From the NCBI RefSeq assembly GCF_028641065.1, contig NC_073414.1, forward strand, positions 558,001-622,000: a DNA stretch of 64,000 nucleotides, written 5' to 3'. How positions within the stretch are numbered: the stretch's first letter is position 1; each line of letters begins with the position of its first letter. Origin of the DNA: Leucoraja erinacea (lineage: Eukaryota). The notes beneath the pieces were generated by a model. That model was not told the DNA's origin, did no database searches, and was given only the letters and a program-made list of their open reading frames with translations. The position numbers and the translations under genes are program-made. Positions 1 through 12,190 of the stretch are shown in pieces.

Positions 1-1159
1 CAGAATGTTTATAATTCAGGATTTATAATCACAGCTGATGGCAGTTATTGGATTTCCAATGTGAGATGTGCACAGCCCCAGGCAAGTCTAGAGGCAGCAA
101 CCAATGGGTAGGTCCATCAGCTCAGAGCATGAGATGTCCAAACTGGCTCGAAGGAGGGAGGAAGGAACTGCAGATGCTGGTTTACACCAACAATAGACAC
201 AAAGTGCTGAAGTAACTCATTGGGACAGTCAGCATCATAGAAACATAGACAATAGGTGCAGGAGTAGAGGCCATTCGGCCCTTCGAGCCTGCACCGCCAT
301 TCAATATGATCATGGCTGATCATCCAACTCAGTATCCCGTACCTGCCTTCTCTCCATACCCCCTGATCCCCTTAGCCACAAGGGCCACATCTAACTCCCT
401 CTTAAATATAGCCAATGAACTGGCCTCGACTACCCTCTGTGGCAGAGAGTTCCAGAGATTCACCACTCTTTGTTATCTGTGTTTAAACAACCTACGTCCA
501 AGACGCACCCACACCACCCTGGCCATGCTCTCATCTCACTACTACCATCTTCAGTCAGATGGTGGTGAATCTGTGGAATTCATTGCCACAGACGGCTGTG
601 GAGGACAAGTCAGTGGATATTTCTAAGGCAGAGATAGATAGATTCTCGATTAGTACTGGTGTCAGAGGTTATGAGGAGAAGGCAGGAGAATGGGGTTAGG
701 AGGGAGAGATAGATCAGCCATGATTGCATGGTGGAGTAGACTTGATGGGCCGAATGGCCTAATTCTGCTCCTATCCTTCATGAACTTATGACCTTATGAA
801 GAAGGTCCAGGAGCCTGAAAACTGTGACCTCTAGTTTCAAGAACAGCTTCTTCCCAACACCATCAGCCTCTTGGACACAGCACAACACTGACCTCAGCAA
901 CTGTGATCTTCTATAGACAATGCCTTTGGTTGCACTACCAACATTGGCTTTGCACTATTATAATTTGTTAGTATTTCTGATTTATTGTATTATGGATATT
1001 TATTTGTGTGTTACTGTGTTACTGTGCCTTTTAAAATGCAGCAATAAAGTACTTCATTAATCTCTGGTTGGTACATGTGACAAACTAACAGGACTGCAGA
1101 CAGGGTTTAATAAACTAATCAGAAGAGGCGTAATGTGAAATGATGAGAAACATAACAAA

Positions 1160-1600
1160 TCAACGAGAGGAATAGATCGGGTAGATGCACAGAGTCTCTT
1201 GCCCAGAGTAGGGGAATCGAGGACCAGAGGACACAGGTTCAAGGTGAAGGGGAAAAGATTTAATAGGAATCTGAACGGTACCTTTTTCACACAGAGGGTG
1301 GTGGGTGTATGGAACGAGCTGCCAGAGGAGGTAGTTGAGGCTGGGATTATCCCAACGTTTAAGAAACAGTTAGACAGGTACATGGATAGCACAGGTTTGG
1401 AGGGATATGGACCAAGCACAGTTAGGTGGAACTAGTGTAGCTGGGACATGTTGGCCAGTGTGGGCCGGTGTGGGCATGTTGGCCGGTGTGGGCATGTTGG
1501 CCGGTGTGGGCCTGTGTGGGCATGTTGGCCGGTGTGGGCATGTTGGCCGGTATGGGCAAGTTGGGCCGAAGGGCCTGTTTCCACACTGTATCACTCTTTG
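1160..1600 (+). mobile_element. CR1-type LINE 3' end with an 18-bp tandem expansion in its 3' UTR
   Basis: Encodes ESRTRGHRFKVKGKRFNRNLNGTFFTQRVVGVWNELPEEVVEA. (GGGCATGTTGGCCGGTGT)n at about 1445-1560; tail GGGCCGAAGGGCCTGTTTCC. Confidence 0.88.
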
Positions 1601-1609
1601 ACTCTACAA

Positions 1610-1835
1610 GAGAGCATCGTGCCAGAGGAGGGAAGGAGTGAATCAGTGAACGTCGGGAAAGGACATAAAACAAGTAGAAGGTTTGCGGCAGGAATGGGAC
1701 GCAGATTAAATAAAAAGCAACTGCTGCCAGTTGTTTATCTGAATGTGTGTAGCATTCGTAACACGATCCAGGAGTTGGCAGCACAAATAGAAATAAATGG
1801 CTTTGATTTTATAGCTATTACAGAGTCATGTTGCC
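1610..1835 (+). mobile_element. CR1-type LINE ORF2 endonuclease N-terminal fragment
   Basis: VYLNVCSIRNTIQELAAQIEINGFDFIAITES matches the start of the APE domain (YLNARSI..K..EL...IAITETW). Confidence 0.7.
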
Positions 1836-1936
1836 TGGTGACCAGCGCAGGAACTCGATATTCCTGGTGGCTCCACCCGGCTAAACAGCAGCAGGAGAGG
1901 AGAGGAGGGTAGGACAGGGAGAGAACAAGGATAGAC

Positions 1937-2190
1937 ACCTGTCCACGTTCTCCACAGATGCTGCCTGACCCGCTGAGTTACTCCAGCACTCTGTGAAACG
2001 TCACCTATCCATGTTCCCCACAGATGCTGCCTGACCCGCTGAGTTACTCCAGCACTTTGTGAAACGTCACCTATCCATGTTCTCCACAGATGCTGCCTGA
2101 CCCGCTGAGTTACTCCAGCCCTCTGTGAAACGTCACCTATCCATGTTCCCCACAGATGCTGCCTGACCCACTGAGTTACTCCAGCACTTT
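1937..2190 (+). repeat. Tandem array of a 66-bp Penelope-derived unit (about 3.8 copies)
   Basis: CAGATG recurs at 1955, 2021, 2087 and 2153. The same unit appears reversed at about 3640-3750, 8955-9133 and 14890-15020. Confidence 0.9.
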
Positions 2191-4560
2191 CATACAGTCA
2201 CTCAGCGTGGAAACAGGCCCTTCGGCTCAACTTGCCCACACCGACCAACGTGCCCCAGCTACACTAGTCACGCCTGCCTGCATTTGGTCCATATCCCTCC
2301 AAACCCGTCCTATCCATGTACCTGTCTAATTGTTTCTTAAACGTTGAGATAGTCCCAGCCTCAACTACCTCCTCTGGCAGCTTGTTCCATACACCCACCA
2401 CCCTCTGTGTGAAAAAGTTACCCCATCAGTTTGCTATTAAATCTTTCCCCCCTCACTGCCCTTCGGCCCACCAGATCCGTGCCGACCAGCGATCCCCGCA
2501 CACTAACACTGTCCCACACACACTGGGGATAATTTACACTGGGACCAAGCCAATTAACCTGTAAACCTGTACGCATTTGGAGTGTGGGGGGAAAACCGGA
2601 GCATCTGGAGTCACGGGGAGAACGTGCAAACTCCGTACAGGCAGCACCCGTAGTTGGGATCGAACCCGACTCTAGAGCTGCGCCACCATGCTGCCCATGT
2701 TCTGTACTTCTGCAGTGACAATGTTGGTGGCCCCCCGCTACAATGCTGTGCAGCATTTGTTCTCAAAGTCCACCAATGTTATCCACATTTTTACAAGGAT
2801 GTTGCCAGGGCTCAAGGTTCTGAGGCACAGGGAGAGGTTGAGCAGGCTAGGACTTTATTCCTTGGGGCACGGGAGATTGAGGGGTGATCTTATAGAGGTG
2901 TATGATTATGAGACTAAAGATTTAGAGGGATATGAGCCAAATGGGACTGGCTGAGATGGGGCATCTTGGTCGGTACGGGCAAGTTGGGCTGTTTCCATGT
3001 TCTCTGACTATGAATCTAATATTACTTAATTTCATGTGTAGGAAGGAACTGCAGATGCTGGTTTACACCAAAGATAGACACAAGAAGCTGGAGTAACTCA
3101 GCGAGACAGGCAGCATCTCTGGAGAGAAGGAATGGGTGATGTTTCGGGTCGACATGACAATAAAACACTCTTGATTCTTGATCCAGCGGTCTGTCTGAAG
3201 AAGGGTCTTGACCCGAAACGTCACCCATTCCTTCTCTCCACAGATGCTGCCTGTCCCACTGAGTTACTCCAGCATTTTGTGTCTGTCTTCAATAACAAAG
3301 GGAAGAGTTGACCCAGGTTCAAGAGCAGAATACCTTTGAAAGGCTTGATTGTGAAATAAACTCCAGAAAATAATTCCTTTCAGGCACATCCACTCAAAAC
3401 GGTTCATCTGTGGCAGGCAGAAGTTAATGCTAGCGTTAGACAGACAGAGTCAGATAGAGTTGCCTGAAATAGCAGTGACTCTAGAGATTGAGAGCACTTT
3501 ACAACTCAGCACAAGAGGACCTGAGATTGATAAGACCCAAGAGGTAGACAGGTCGAGGGAGTGGAGAGTGGAGAAACATCGACAACAGCAGCAACAGTTT
3601 TCACAAGGCGAAGCCAGCAGCAAGAGTCGCAGAGTGGCACAGAGTGCTGGAGTAACTCAGTGGGTCAGGCAGCATCTGTGGAGAACATGGATAGGTGACG
3701 TTTCACAGAGTGCTGGAGTAACTCAGCGGGTTCAGCAGCATCTGTGGAGCTAAGGGAATAGGCAACGTTTCGGGCCGAAACCCAGAAGGGTTTCGGCCTG
3801 AAATGTTGCCTATTTCCATAAGGATTTCGGCCCGAAACGTTGCCTATTTCCTTAGCTCCATAGATGCTGCTGCACCATAACTCAGTGGATCAGGCAGCAT
3901 CTGTGGAGAACATGGATAGGTGACGTTTCACAGAGTGCTGGAGTAACTCAGCGGGTGACGTTTTGGGTTGAGACACTTGCCTCAGACTGAGAGTCAGCGG
4001 AGAGAGGGTAAATGGAACAAATGAATGAAAGACATGCAAAGAGCAATGATGATCAAGGAAAGGTGGAGCCCACAATGGTTCATTGTTGGCTGTGGGGTAG
4101 GTGTTAACGAGTTATACAGACCGTGAAAGTCATCAGAACGACAGAGAAACTAGTACGATGATGAGGGTGGGGGAAGGACGGAGAGAGAGGGGATACAAGG
4201 GTTACTTGATGTTAGAGATGTCAGTTAGTTGCTAAAATGTTCACACGGTTAGGTAATGAGCTTCTGAATCCAATGTGAGAGTTTTTAGTTTTAGTTTAGA
4301 GATACAGCGCAGAAACTGGCCCTTCGGCCCATCGAGTCCGCACTGACCAGCGATCCCCGCACACTAACACTGTCCCACACACACTAGGGTCTATTCATAT
4401 TTACACCAAGCCAATTAACCTACAAACCTGTACGTCTTTGGAGTGTGGGAGGAAACCGAGGATCTCAGAGAAAACCCACGCCGTCACGGGGAGAACGTGC
4501 AAACTCCGTACAGACAGCACCCGAAGTTCGGATCGAACCCGGATCTCTGACACTGTGAGA

Positions 4561-5103
4561 CATAGAAACATAGAAACATAGAAAATAGGTGCAGGAGGAG
4601 GTTATTCGGCCCTTCGAGCCTGCACCGCCATTCATTGTGATCATGGCTGATCGTCCCCAATCAATAACACGTGCCTGCCTTCTCCCCATATCCCTTGACT
4701 CCACTAGCCCCTAGAGCTCTATCTCTCTTAAATCCATCCAGTGACTTGGCCTCCACTGCCTTCTGTGGCAGGAAATTCCACAGATTCACAACTCTCTGGG
4801 TGAAAACGTTTTTTCTCACCTCAGTCTTAAATGACCTCCCCTTTATTCTAAGCCCCTGGTTCTGGACTCGACCAACATTAGGAACATTTTTCCTGCATCT
4901 AGCTTGTCCAGTCCTTTTATAATTTTATATGTTTCTATAATATCCCCCTCATCCTTCTAAACTCCAGTGGATACAAGCCTAGTCTTTTCAATTTTTCCTC
5001 ATATGACAGTCCCGCCATCCCAGGGATCAATCTCGTGAACCTACGCTGCACTGCCTCAATCACAAGGATGTCCTTCCTCAAATTAGGAGACCAAAACTGT
5101 ACA
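4561..5103 (-). mobile_element. CR1-type LINE 3' fragment inserted at an HE1-type SINE
   Basis: Encodes YSVQFWSPNLRKDILVIEAVQRRFTRLIPGMAGLSYEEKLKRLGLYPLEFRRMRG, with a (TTTCTATG)n tail. Confidence 0.88.
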
Positions 5104-8100
5104 GAATAGAGTGTTTGAATCATTGGGAAACAAGACAGAATTGTTCCCTGAGACCAGGGGTCGTCAAGAACAAGGACCAACTGGTGAAAAGGAATAAATA
5201 ATGTCATTGTGCGTGCGATAAATTTACAAGGGGTCAGTCATATCCTTGAGATAAACACTGGGCCGTTGATGGGAGAAAGATTTACACACCAGGAGTTGTT
5301 AAGATTTGGTGATCAATGCCTATACTGTGAGCATTGAAAGGGGATAGATAATGAGAGAGAGGAGGAAGTATTGTGTTGATGGTGAGGAGAGTGGGTCACG
5401 AGGTTGGATCATGCATGTATTGATTGCGGATCCACTCAACGCCCTCGTCTGCAGTCTTTGTCCAAATGTCCACTCAAGGCCAATTGTATTTCATTGTATT
5501 TCAATTGTATTTCACAGTTTGTAGGAAAATGTGATGGAAATGTTCAAAATCAAGACAAGATAGATAGATATAGATATGCCATTTATTGTCACTCTACATG
5601 TACAATGAGATTAAAAGCAGCTCGTACTCAGTGCATACATATAATTTAGTACAAAAAACAACAAACAGAAAACAAAAACAAAAGGGAGAGGGGGAGGGGA
5701 TAGGTGCACAATTCTGCGGCGCTTATATACATATCTATAAAGGCAAAATGATGAAGTAGATGTTTAAAGATTATATTAAATATTTAAAATGTTTTTTAAA
5801 AATGTTAAAAATTACAGTTACTTGTGTGCGGAGCACCAGGGGAAAGGGTTTGACCAAGTGTTCAAGAAGGAACTGCAGATGCTGGAAGATCGAAGGTAGA
5901 CAAAAATGCTGGGGAAACTCAGGGTTTGACCAAGGCCTTGTGTGGGAGAGAAGGCGAGTTTGTGACAGTGAGACAGGTGAAGTTGTTAGACATGCCTCGC
6001 AGCAACGGAGACCGCGGTCCATCCTGACTACGGGTGCTGTCTGTGCGGAGTTTGCACGTTCTCCCCGTGACAGCGTCAGTTTTCTCCCGGATCTCCAGTT
6101 TCCTCCCACACTCCAAAGACGCGCAGGTTTGTAGGTTAAATGGCTTCAGTAAAATTGTAAGTTGTCGGATACTGTTAGTGGGCAGAAGTAAATAAGTAAG
6201 TAAGAAAGTTTATTGGCCAAGTATTCACATACAAGGATTTTGCCTTGGTGCTCCACCCACAAGTAACAACATGACACATACAGTGACAGTTACAAATGAC
6301 TCAGAAAACACTAAACATTAATAATAATAAAACATTAATGATAAAACACTATTGATCAAGCATGTGAACCAACAAAATGCCAGATCAAAGGGAGGCTACA
6401 GATTTTTGGCTGTTGAGTAGAGCAACTACTCGTGGATAAAAACTGTTTTTATGTCTGGCTGTGGAAGCTTTGACAATCCGGAGTTGCCTTCCAGAGGGAA
6501 GTGATTCAAAGAGTTTGTGGTCAGGGTGAGAGGGGTCAGAGATGATCTTGCCCGCTCGCTTCCAGAAGGGCCTGTTTCCGCGATGTACCTCAAAACTAAC
6601 CAGGCACTGAGGTGAAACGGTTTTGTGGAAGCCATTCACCACTTCATGTAGCAGATGAAGCAGACAGCATCTGTGGAGAGAATGGATGGCCGTCTGGACC
6701 TTCTACAGACTGATGCAGTTGAGGGGTGGGACAGAAAAACAGGCCCTTCGGCCCAACTTGCTCATGCCGACCAAGATGTCCAATCTACGCTAATCCCACC
6801 TGCCTGCGTTTGGCCCATATCCCACAAAACCTAAACTATCCATGTACCCTTCCAAATATCGTGCAAATGCTTTTAGAGACCCTGCCACAACTATCTCCTC
6901 TGGCAGCTTGTTCCATACACTCACCATGTTCTGGGATGCTGCCAAACCAGCTGAGATACTCCGGCACGTTGTGTCTTGTTTTGTAAACCAGCACCTGCAG
7001 TTCTGTGTGTCCACCCCTGGTGCTTGGAGCAAGGCAGAGCTGGTCACTTGTCATCAGTCTGAAGATGTGTCTGCACCCGAAACGTCACCCATTCCTTCTC
7101 TCCAGAGATGCTGCCTGTCCCGCTGAGTTACTCCAGCTTTTTAGTGTCTATCTTCGGTTTAAACCAGCATCTGCAGTTCCTTCCTACACACAACAGGCCA
7201 TCTCCTTCACCCCTAGTCACCATCCACTTATCTCTGTGCAAAGTCAGTACTTCACCGACTAGAACTAAATGACACCTCATCTTATAACTAATATTGAGTC
7301 TCACTTCCTGAAGTTCTGCCAAAGGTCTGGCTGCCTGTTATTTTAAAGTTGATTTAGTGAACCCAAACACGAAGGAAATGTCATTCTGTTTGAGAGTTGT
7401 GATGAGTTTACAGAAGCTGACTTGGGAAGAATGAGATTGTTATTTATTTTTTGAATTGTAAACCATGTTGGCAGCCACACCACAGGGTTTCACTGAAGTA
7501 AATATACATTTATACATCACTACCTTCAAAGCTTCCTGCAGCTCAGAGCCTGGAGTTTTAGATGTTAATTACTGAGACAAAGAACAACGTGCCGGAGGAA
7601 CTCAGTGGGTCAGGGGGGTGATTCAACCTGAAACATCGACATTCCCTCTGCCTCCACAGAGGCTGTCGGGCCCGCTGAGTTCCTCCAGCAGTTTCTTGTT
7701 TTGTCCAATGTATATGCAGCTTCCTGTGTTGCTGTTGTCATTATCCACCAGCTGGCTTCGCAGTTTAGAAGAGACAAGGACTTAAGACTTTCGCCTTCCA
7801 TCACAGTGAGGAGGATCTGGTGGAGTCACTGTGTTTATTGTGTGTTTATTGCGCTATTTTATTCTATGTTATGACTGCAAGGCACGACATTTTGTTCAGA
7901 CTGAAATGAGAGATACAGCGCGGAAACAGGACCTTCGGCCCTCCAAGTCTGTGCTGGCCAGCGATCCCCGCACACTAACACCACCCTACACACAATTAGA
8001 GGGAATATGGGCCAAACGTGAGTGAATGGGACCATTGTAGATGGGGCATCTTGGTGGGTATGTGTGAGTTGGGGAGGGAAGGGGATAGTGGGGCAGAGGG

Positions 8101-9627
8101 GGTTATGTAGTGACCCAGTGAGTGGTGTAGACAGTGTGGGGCAGTCGCTGGGATCAGGGACATGATGGCGCTGCTGCTGCTGCTGTTGCTGATTTATCCC
8201 AACAATTAACCTCGAAGCTGCATCGACCAAAGCAGAACATTTATTCACACTGGCTGTGGTCATCCTGGGGAGAGACCGAAGCAGCGATCAGGGAGGGGCT
8301 GGGGACAGATCTCTCCCCCCCTCCCCCCCCCCCCCCCCCCCCACCATCTCAACCCCCCCCCCCCCCACCATCTCACCCCCCCCCCCCCCCCCCCACCATC
8401 TCACCCCCTTCACCAAATACCAAATCATCAGTTTGTTACGAGGATGTTGCCAGGACTAGAGGGTGTGAGCTGTCAGGAGAGGCTGAGCAGGCTGGGTCTC
8501 TATTCCTTGGAGCACAGGAGGATGAGGGGTGATCTTATAGAGGTGTATAAAATCACGAGAGGAATAGATCGGGGAGACGCAGTGTAGGGGTAGTGAGTAT
8601 GTATGAATATTGACTTCTCTGTCACGTTACTTCTCCGACTAGCTTCACTATCCTTCTGATTAATGTTACCTTGTCACCTCCGCTCAATGAACAATGAACC
8701 ATTCTACATTTCTGCTTTATATTAATTGATTATTATATATTTATCCGTGTGTTGCTGCATCAATGGGCCAGTGAGGCTGCAGTTAGTAGGAATATCATTG
8801 AGAATTAAACACTCTTGACTTGGCTCCTGAAGTTGCGTCTCCTGCAGTGAGTTCCCACCACATGCAGCTTCTATTTAACAGATGCAACAGTGTTTAATTG
8901 TCATATGTAGGGCAAGGGAACAATGTGATTCTTACTGGCAAAGATAGACACAAAACGCTGGAGTAACTCAGCTGGTCAGGCAGCATCTGTGGAGAACATG
9001 GATAGGTGACATTTCACAGAGTGCTGGAGTAACTCAGCGGGTCAGGCAGCATCTGTGGAGAACATGGATAGGTGACGTTTCACAGAGTGCTGGAGTAACT
9101 CAGCGGGTCAGGCAGCATCTGTGGAGAACATGGAATGGATCGCCCCACCTGATAAATCATTAAAACTGCCGTCCACTGCAATGCTCAGAAAACTCAGTCA
9201 GCGGCTTGTGATTGGAGTTTGGCCTGATCTTTCCTCCAGCTTCAGTTTGCTAATTTTGTATTCAGGTCCAGGAACACAGTTAACAAATATTAACCCTTTC
9301 TCCTCGCTCTCCTCCTGGCAGTGGGAGATGGTTTCACCAACTGATCCACCTGGGATAAATAAAGATCTACAGTATTGTATCTGAAGAGGAGTTGAGGTGT
9401 TGACCACACTTTGACCCCAACATGAAAACTGGGGTGTAATGCTGAGACTCTATACGGCGTGGGTCTTGTGAGCAGTTTTGTGCCCATGTGTGGGAGGGGG
9501 TGTGTGTGTGGGGGGGAGGGGAAAATAAAGATGTGGGGGAGGGGGGAAGATGTGGGAGGGGGGAGATTGACCCCAACATGGGAGGGGGGGGAATGCTGAG
9601 ACTGGGGCGTGGGGGGGGGTGGGGGGT

Positions 9628-9664
<37 letters not shown>

Positions 9665-11089
9665 GGGATGTGGTGGTGGGGGAGGCTAGCTAGATTCGCT
9701 GACCGTGGTGCTGGCTTCTTCCTGGAGACGTTGTGGTGAACAGCGCTGGAGTGAGATCGCCTAATGGATGATTTATTGCCCGGTGTTATAATGAGACAAT
9801 TCACTTTCATCCCGTTAAATAACCTGATGTTAATAAACTTGTCAGCGAGCGGTGATAGGGAGCTTAAGGAGACGTTTTATTACTGAAACACTGTCAGGGA
9901 TTCCCTTATCGGCCTGTTCCCAAGCTGCCCACACATCCTGGATACATACACGTTTTATATTTCTCATAGTAATAGCACATTAAATCACCCGACCTAAAGC
10001 ACGTCCTTTATGTCCATTCCCCACTCGAAACTCTCAATCACTTTTTACGGTGATATTATTTGCTGAATATTCATGCGTCTTCAGTCCCTCCAACGCCCAG
10101 ACCACCCCGGAGAAAACCCACGCAGGTCACGGGGAGAACGTGCAGACTCCGTACAGACAGCACCCGTGGTCAGGATTGAACCCGGGTCTCCGGCGCTGTG
10201 AGCCAGCAGCTCTACCCGCTGCGTCACCCTGAGGCGTAGAGATGGGGCAATCCAACTCTGCCCAGATACTTGTACAAACAAGGAACTGCAGGTGCTGGTT
10301 TACAAAATAAGGTACAAAGTGCTGGAGTAACTCAGCGGGTCAGGCAGCATCTGTGGAGGGAAGGAATGGGTGATGTTTTGGGGTCTCTGGAGTTGGGGTG
10401 GAAATCACTTTGATTTTGCAATTGCAAGAAAGTAGGGAATTCAAATTGGTGCAAAGAGGTTGAATGTGTGTACGGAGAGATACAGCTGGGAAACAGGCCA
10501 TTCTGCCCATCACGTCTGTGCCGACCGGTGATCTCCCTGTACTCTAACATTATCCCACACACACCAGGGACAATTTACAATCTTTACCGAAGCCAATTAA
10601 CCTACAAACCTGCGCGTCTTTGGAGTAAACTGGAGCACGCGTGTGTCTTTAGTGAAGGTGTGGGTGTAGGTGTGTAGGTGTGTGTGCGTGTGTGTTAGTG
10701 TGTGTTAGTGTGGGCGTGTGGTGTGGTGTGTGTGTGAGATCCCGTGTTGTGAACCAGCCTACTCACCTGGACAAATGAGTGTCTGGATACAGAGTCACAG
10801 ATGAATAGATCTAACAGCTCACCTCATCCTGCCAGCTATTATTTGGGGAGTGAGGAGTGACGGGCCTCACGTGCCTGCTGATTTTACAACTCCTCCAACA
10901 ATTGGGAGTAGTTTAGAGCATCAGTGTATGTGAGACTCCATTATCCACCAACCCAGGGTGTGGGAATGTCGGGCATTGATACATTTAATATTACAATCAG
11001 TGATGGAGCAGAATGAGCCGGACATGAAGATTCTGCACAAAGTGACCGCTCACAGTGGCCGCTCCACATAAAGTGGTGTCTGTGCGCGT

Positions 11090-11400
11090 NNNNNNNNNNN
11101 NNNNNNNNNNNNNNNNNNNNNNNNNNNNNNNNNNNNNNNNNNNNNNNNNNNNNNNNNNNNNNNNNNNNNNNNNNNNNNNNNNNNNNNNNNNNNNNNNNNN
11201 NNNNNNNNNNNNNNNNNNNNNNNNNNNNNNNNNNNNNNNNNNNNNNNNNNNNNNNNNNNNNNNNNNNNNNNNNNNNNNNNNNNNNNNNNNNNNNNNNNNN
11301 NNNNNNNNNNNNNNNNNNNNNNNNNNNNNNNNNNNNNNNNNNNNNNNNNNNNNNNNNNNNNNNNNNNNNNNNNNNNNNNNNNNNNNNNNNNNNNNNNNNN
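11090..11400. other. Assembly gap (N run)
   Basis: 311 N. Confidence 1.
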
Positions 11401-11949
11401 TCAATTGTATGTGTGTCTTCTTGCACTAAAGGGTCTGTGAAGCTGCAGCCAGTAAGAATTTCACTGTAGATAGACACAAAGTGCTGGAGTAACTCAGCGG
11501 GACAGGCAGCATCTGTGGAGAGAAGAAATGGGCGACGTTTCGGGTCGAGATCCTTCTTCGGTCAGGGGAGAGGGAGACATAGAGACATGGAATGATAAGG
11601 TGTGAAAATGAGAGATATCTTCCATGTTTCCCTCTCCCCTGACTCAGTCTGAAGAAAGGTCTCGACCAGAAACGTCACCCATTCCTTCTCTCCAGAGATG
11701 CTGCCTGTCCCGCTGAGTTACTCCAGCTTCTTGTGTCTATCTTTGGTGTAAACCAGCATCTGCAGTTCCTTCCTACACGTAAGAATGTAATTGTCCTGTT
11801 GCCAGGGAACAACTTGACTTTTGGAAACTCCTTCCTGTGGGATTGTTACTTTAATCAGAATGAAGTGAAACTTCCTCCACTCACTGGAGCTGCAGAGTGA
11901 ACATTGTTTGTGAATCTGGAATGATGGACTGGTAAACTGCTCAACGCTC

Positions 11950-12190
11950 CCTCACTCTCACTCACACACACTCACACACACACTCACTTACTCACACACT
12001 CTCACACACTCATTCTCACACTCACACTGACTGACTCATCACACTCACTCACACATTCATTAATTCACTCTCACACTCTCACTGACACACTCACTGACTG
12101 ACTCATCACACTCACACTCATTAATTCACTCACTCTCTCACACACTCACTCACACACTCACTCACACGCACACGCTCACACTCACACAAT
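11950..12190. repeat. (CACT/CACA)n low-complexity microsatellite
   Basis: Visible degenerate CA/CT repeat. Confidence 0.9.

Noticed and set aside
1937-2190. CRISPR-like regularly spaced repeats
   Set aside because: The units are contiguous with no unique spacers, there are no cas genes, and the context is vertebrate.
3427-3753. 108-aa ORF in partly unique sequence
   Set aside because: No family similarity, and the C-terminus is the Penelope-derived repeat.
8162-8209. Signal-peptide-like MMALLLLLLLIYPNN
   Set aside because: It comes from a (CTG)n run and stops immediately, with no donor before the stop.
9600-9670. Long poly-G/poly-C runs (also 8315-8400, 13325, 18120, 43465, 48260) as functional G4 elements
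   Set aside because: Homopolymer lengths are error-prone and common throughout this assembly, with no specific support.
10941-11477. ORFs spanning N runs (also 26725-27764)
   Set aside because: Artefacts of assembly gaps.
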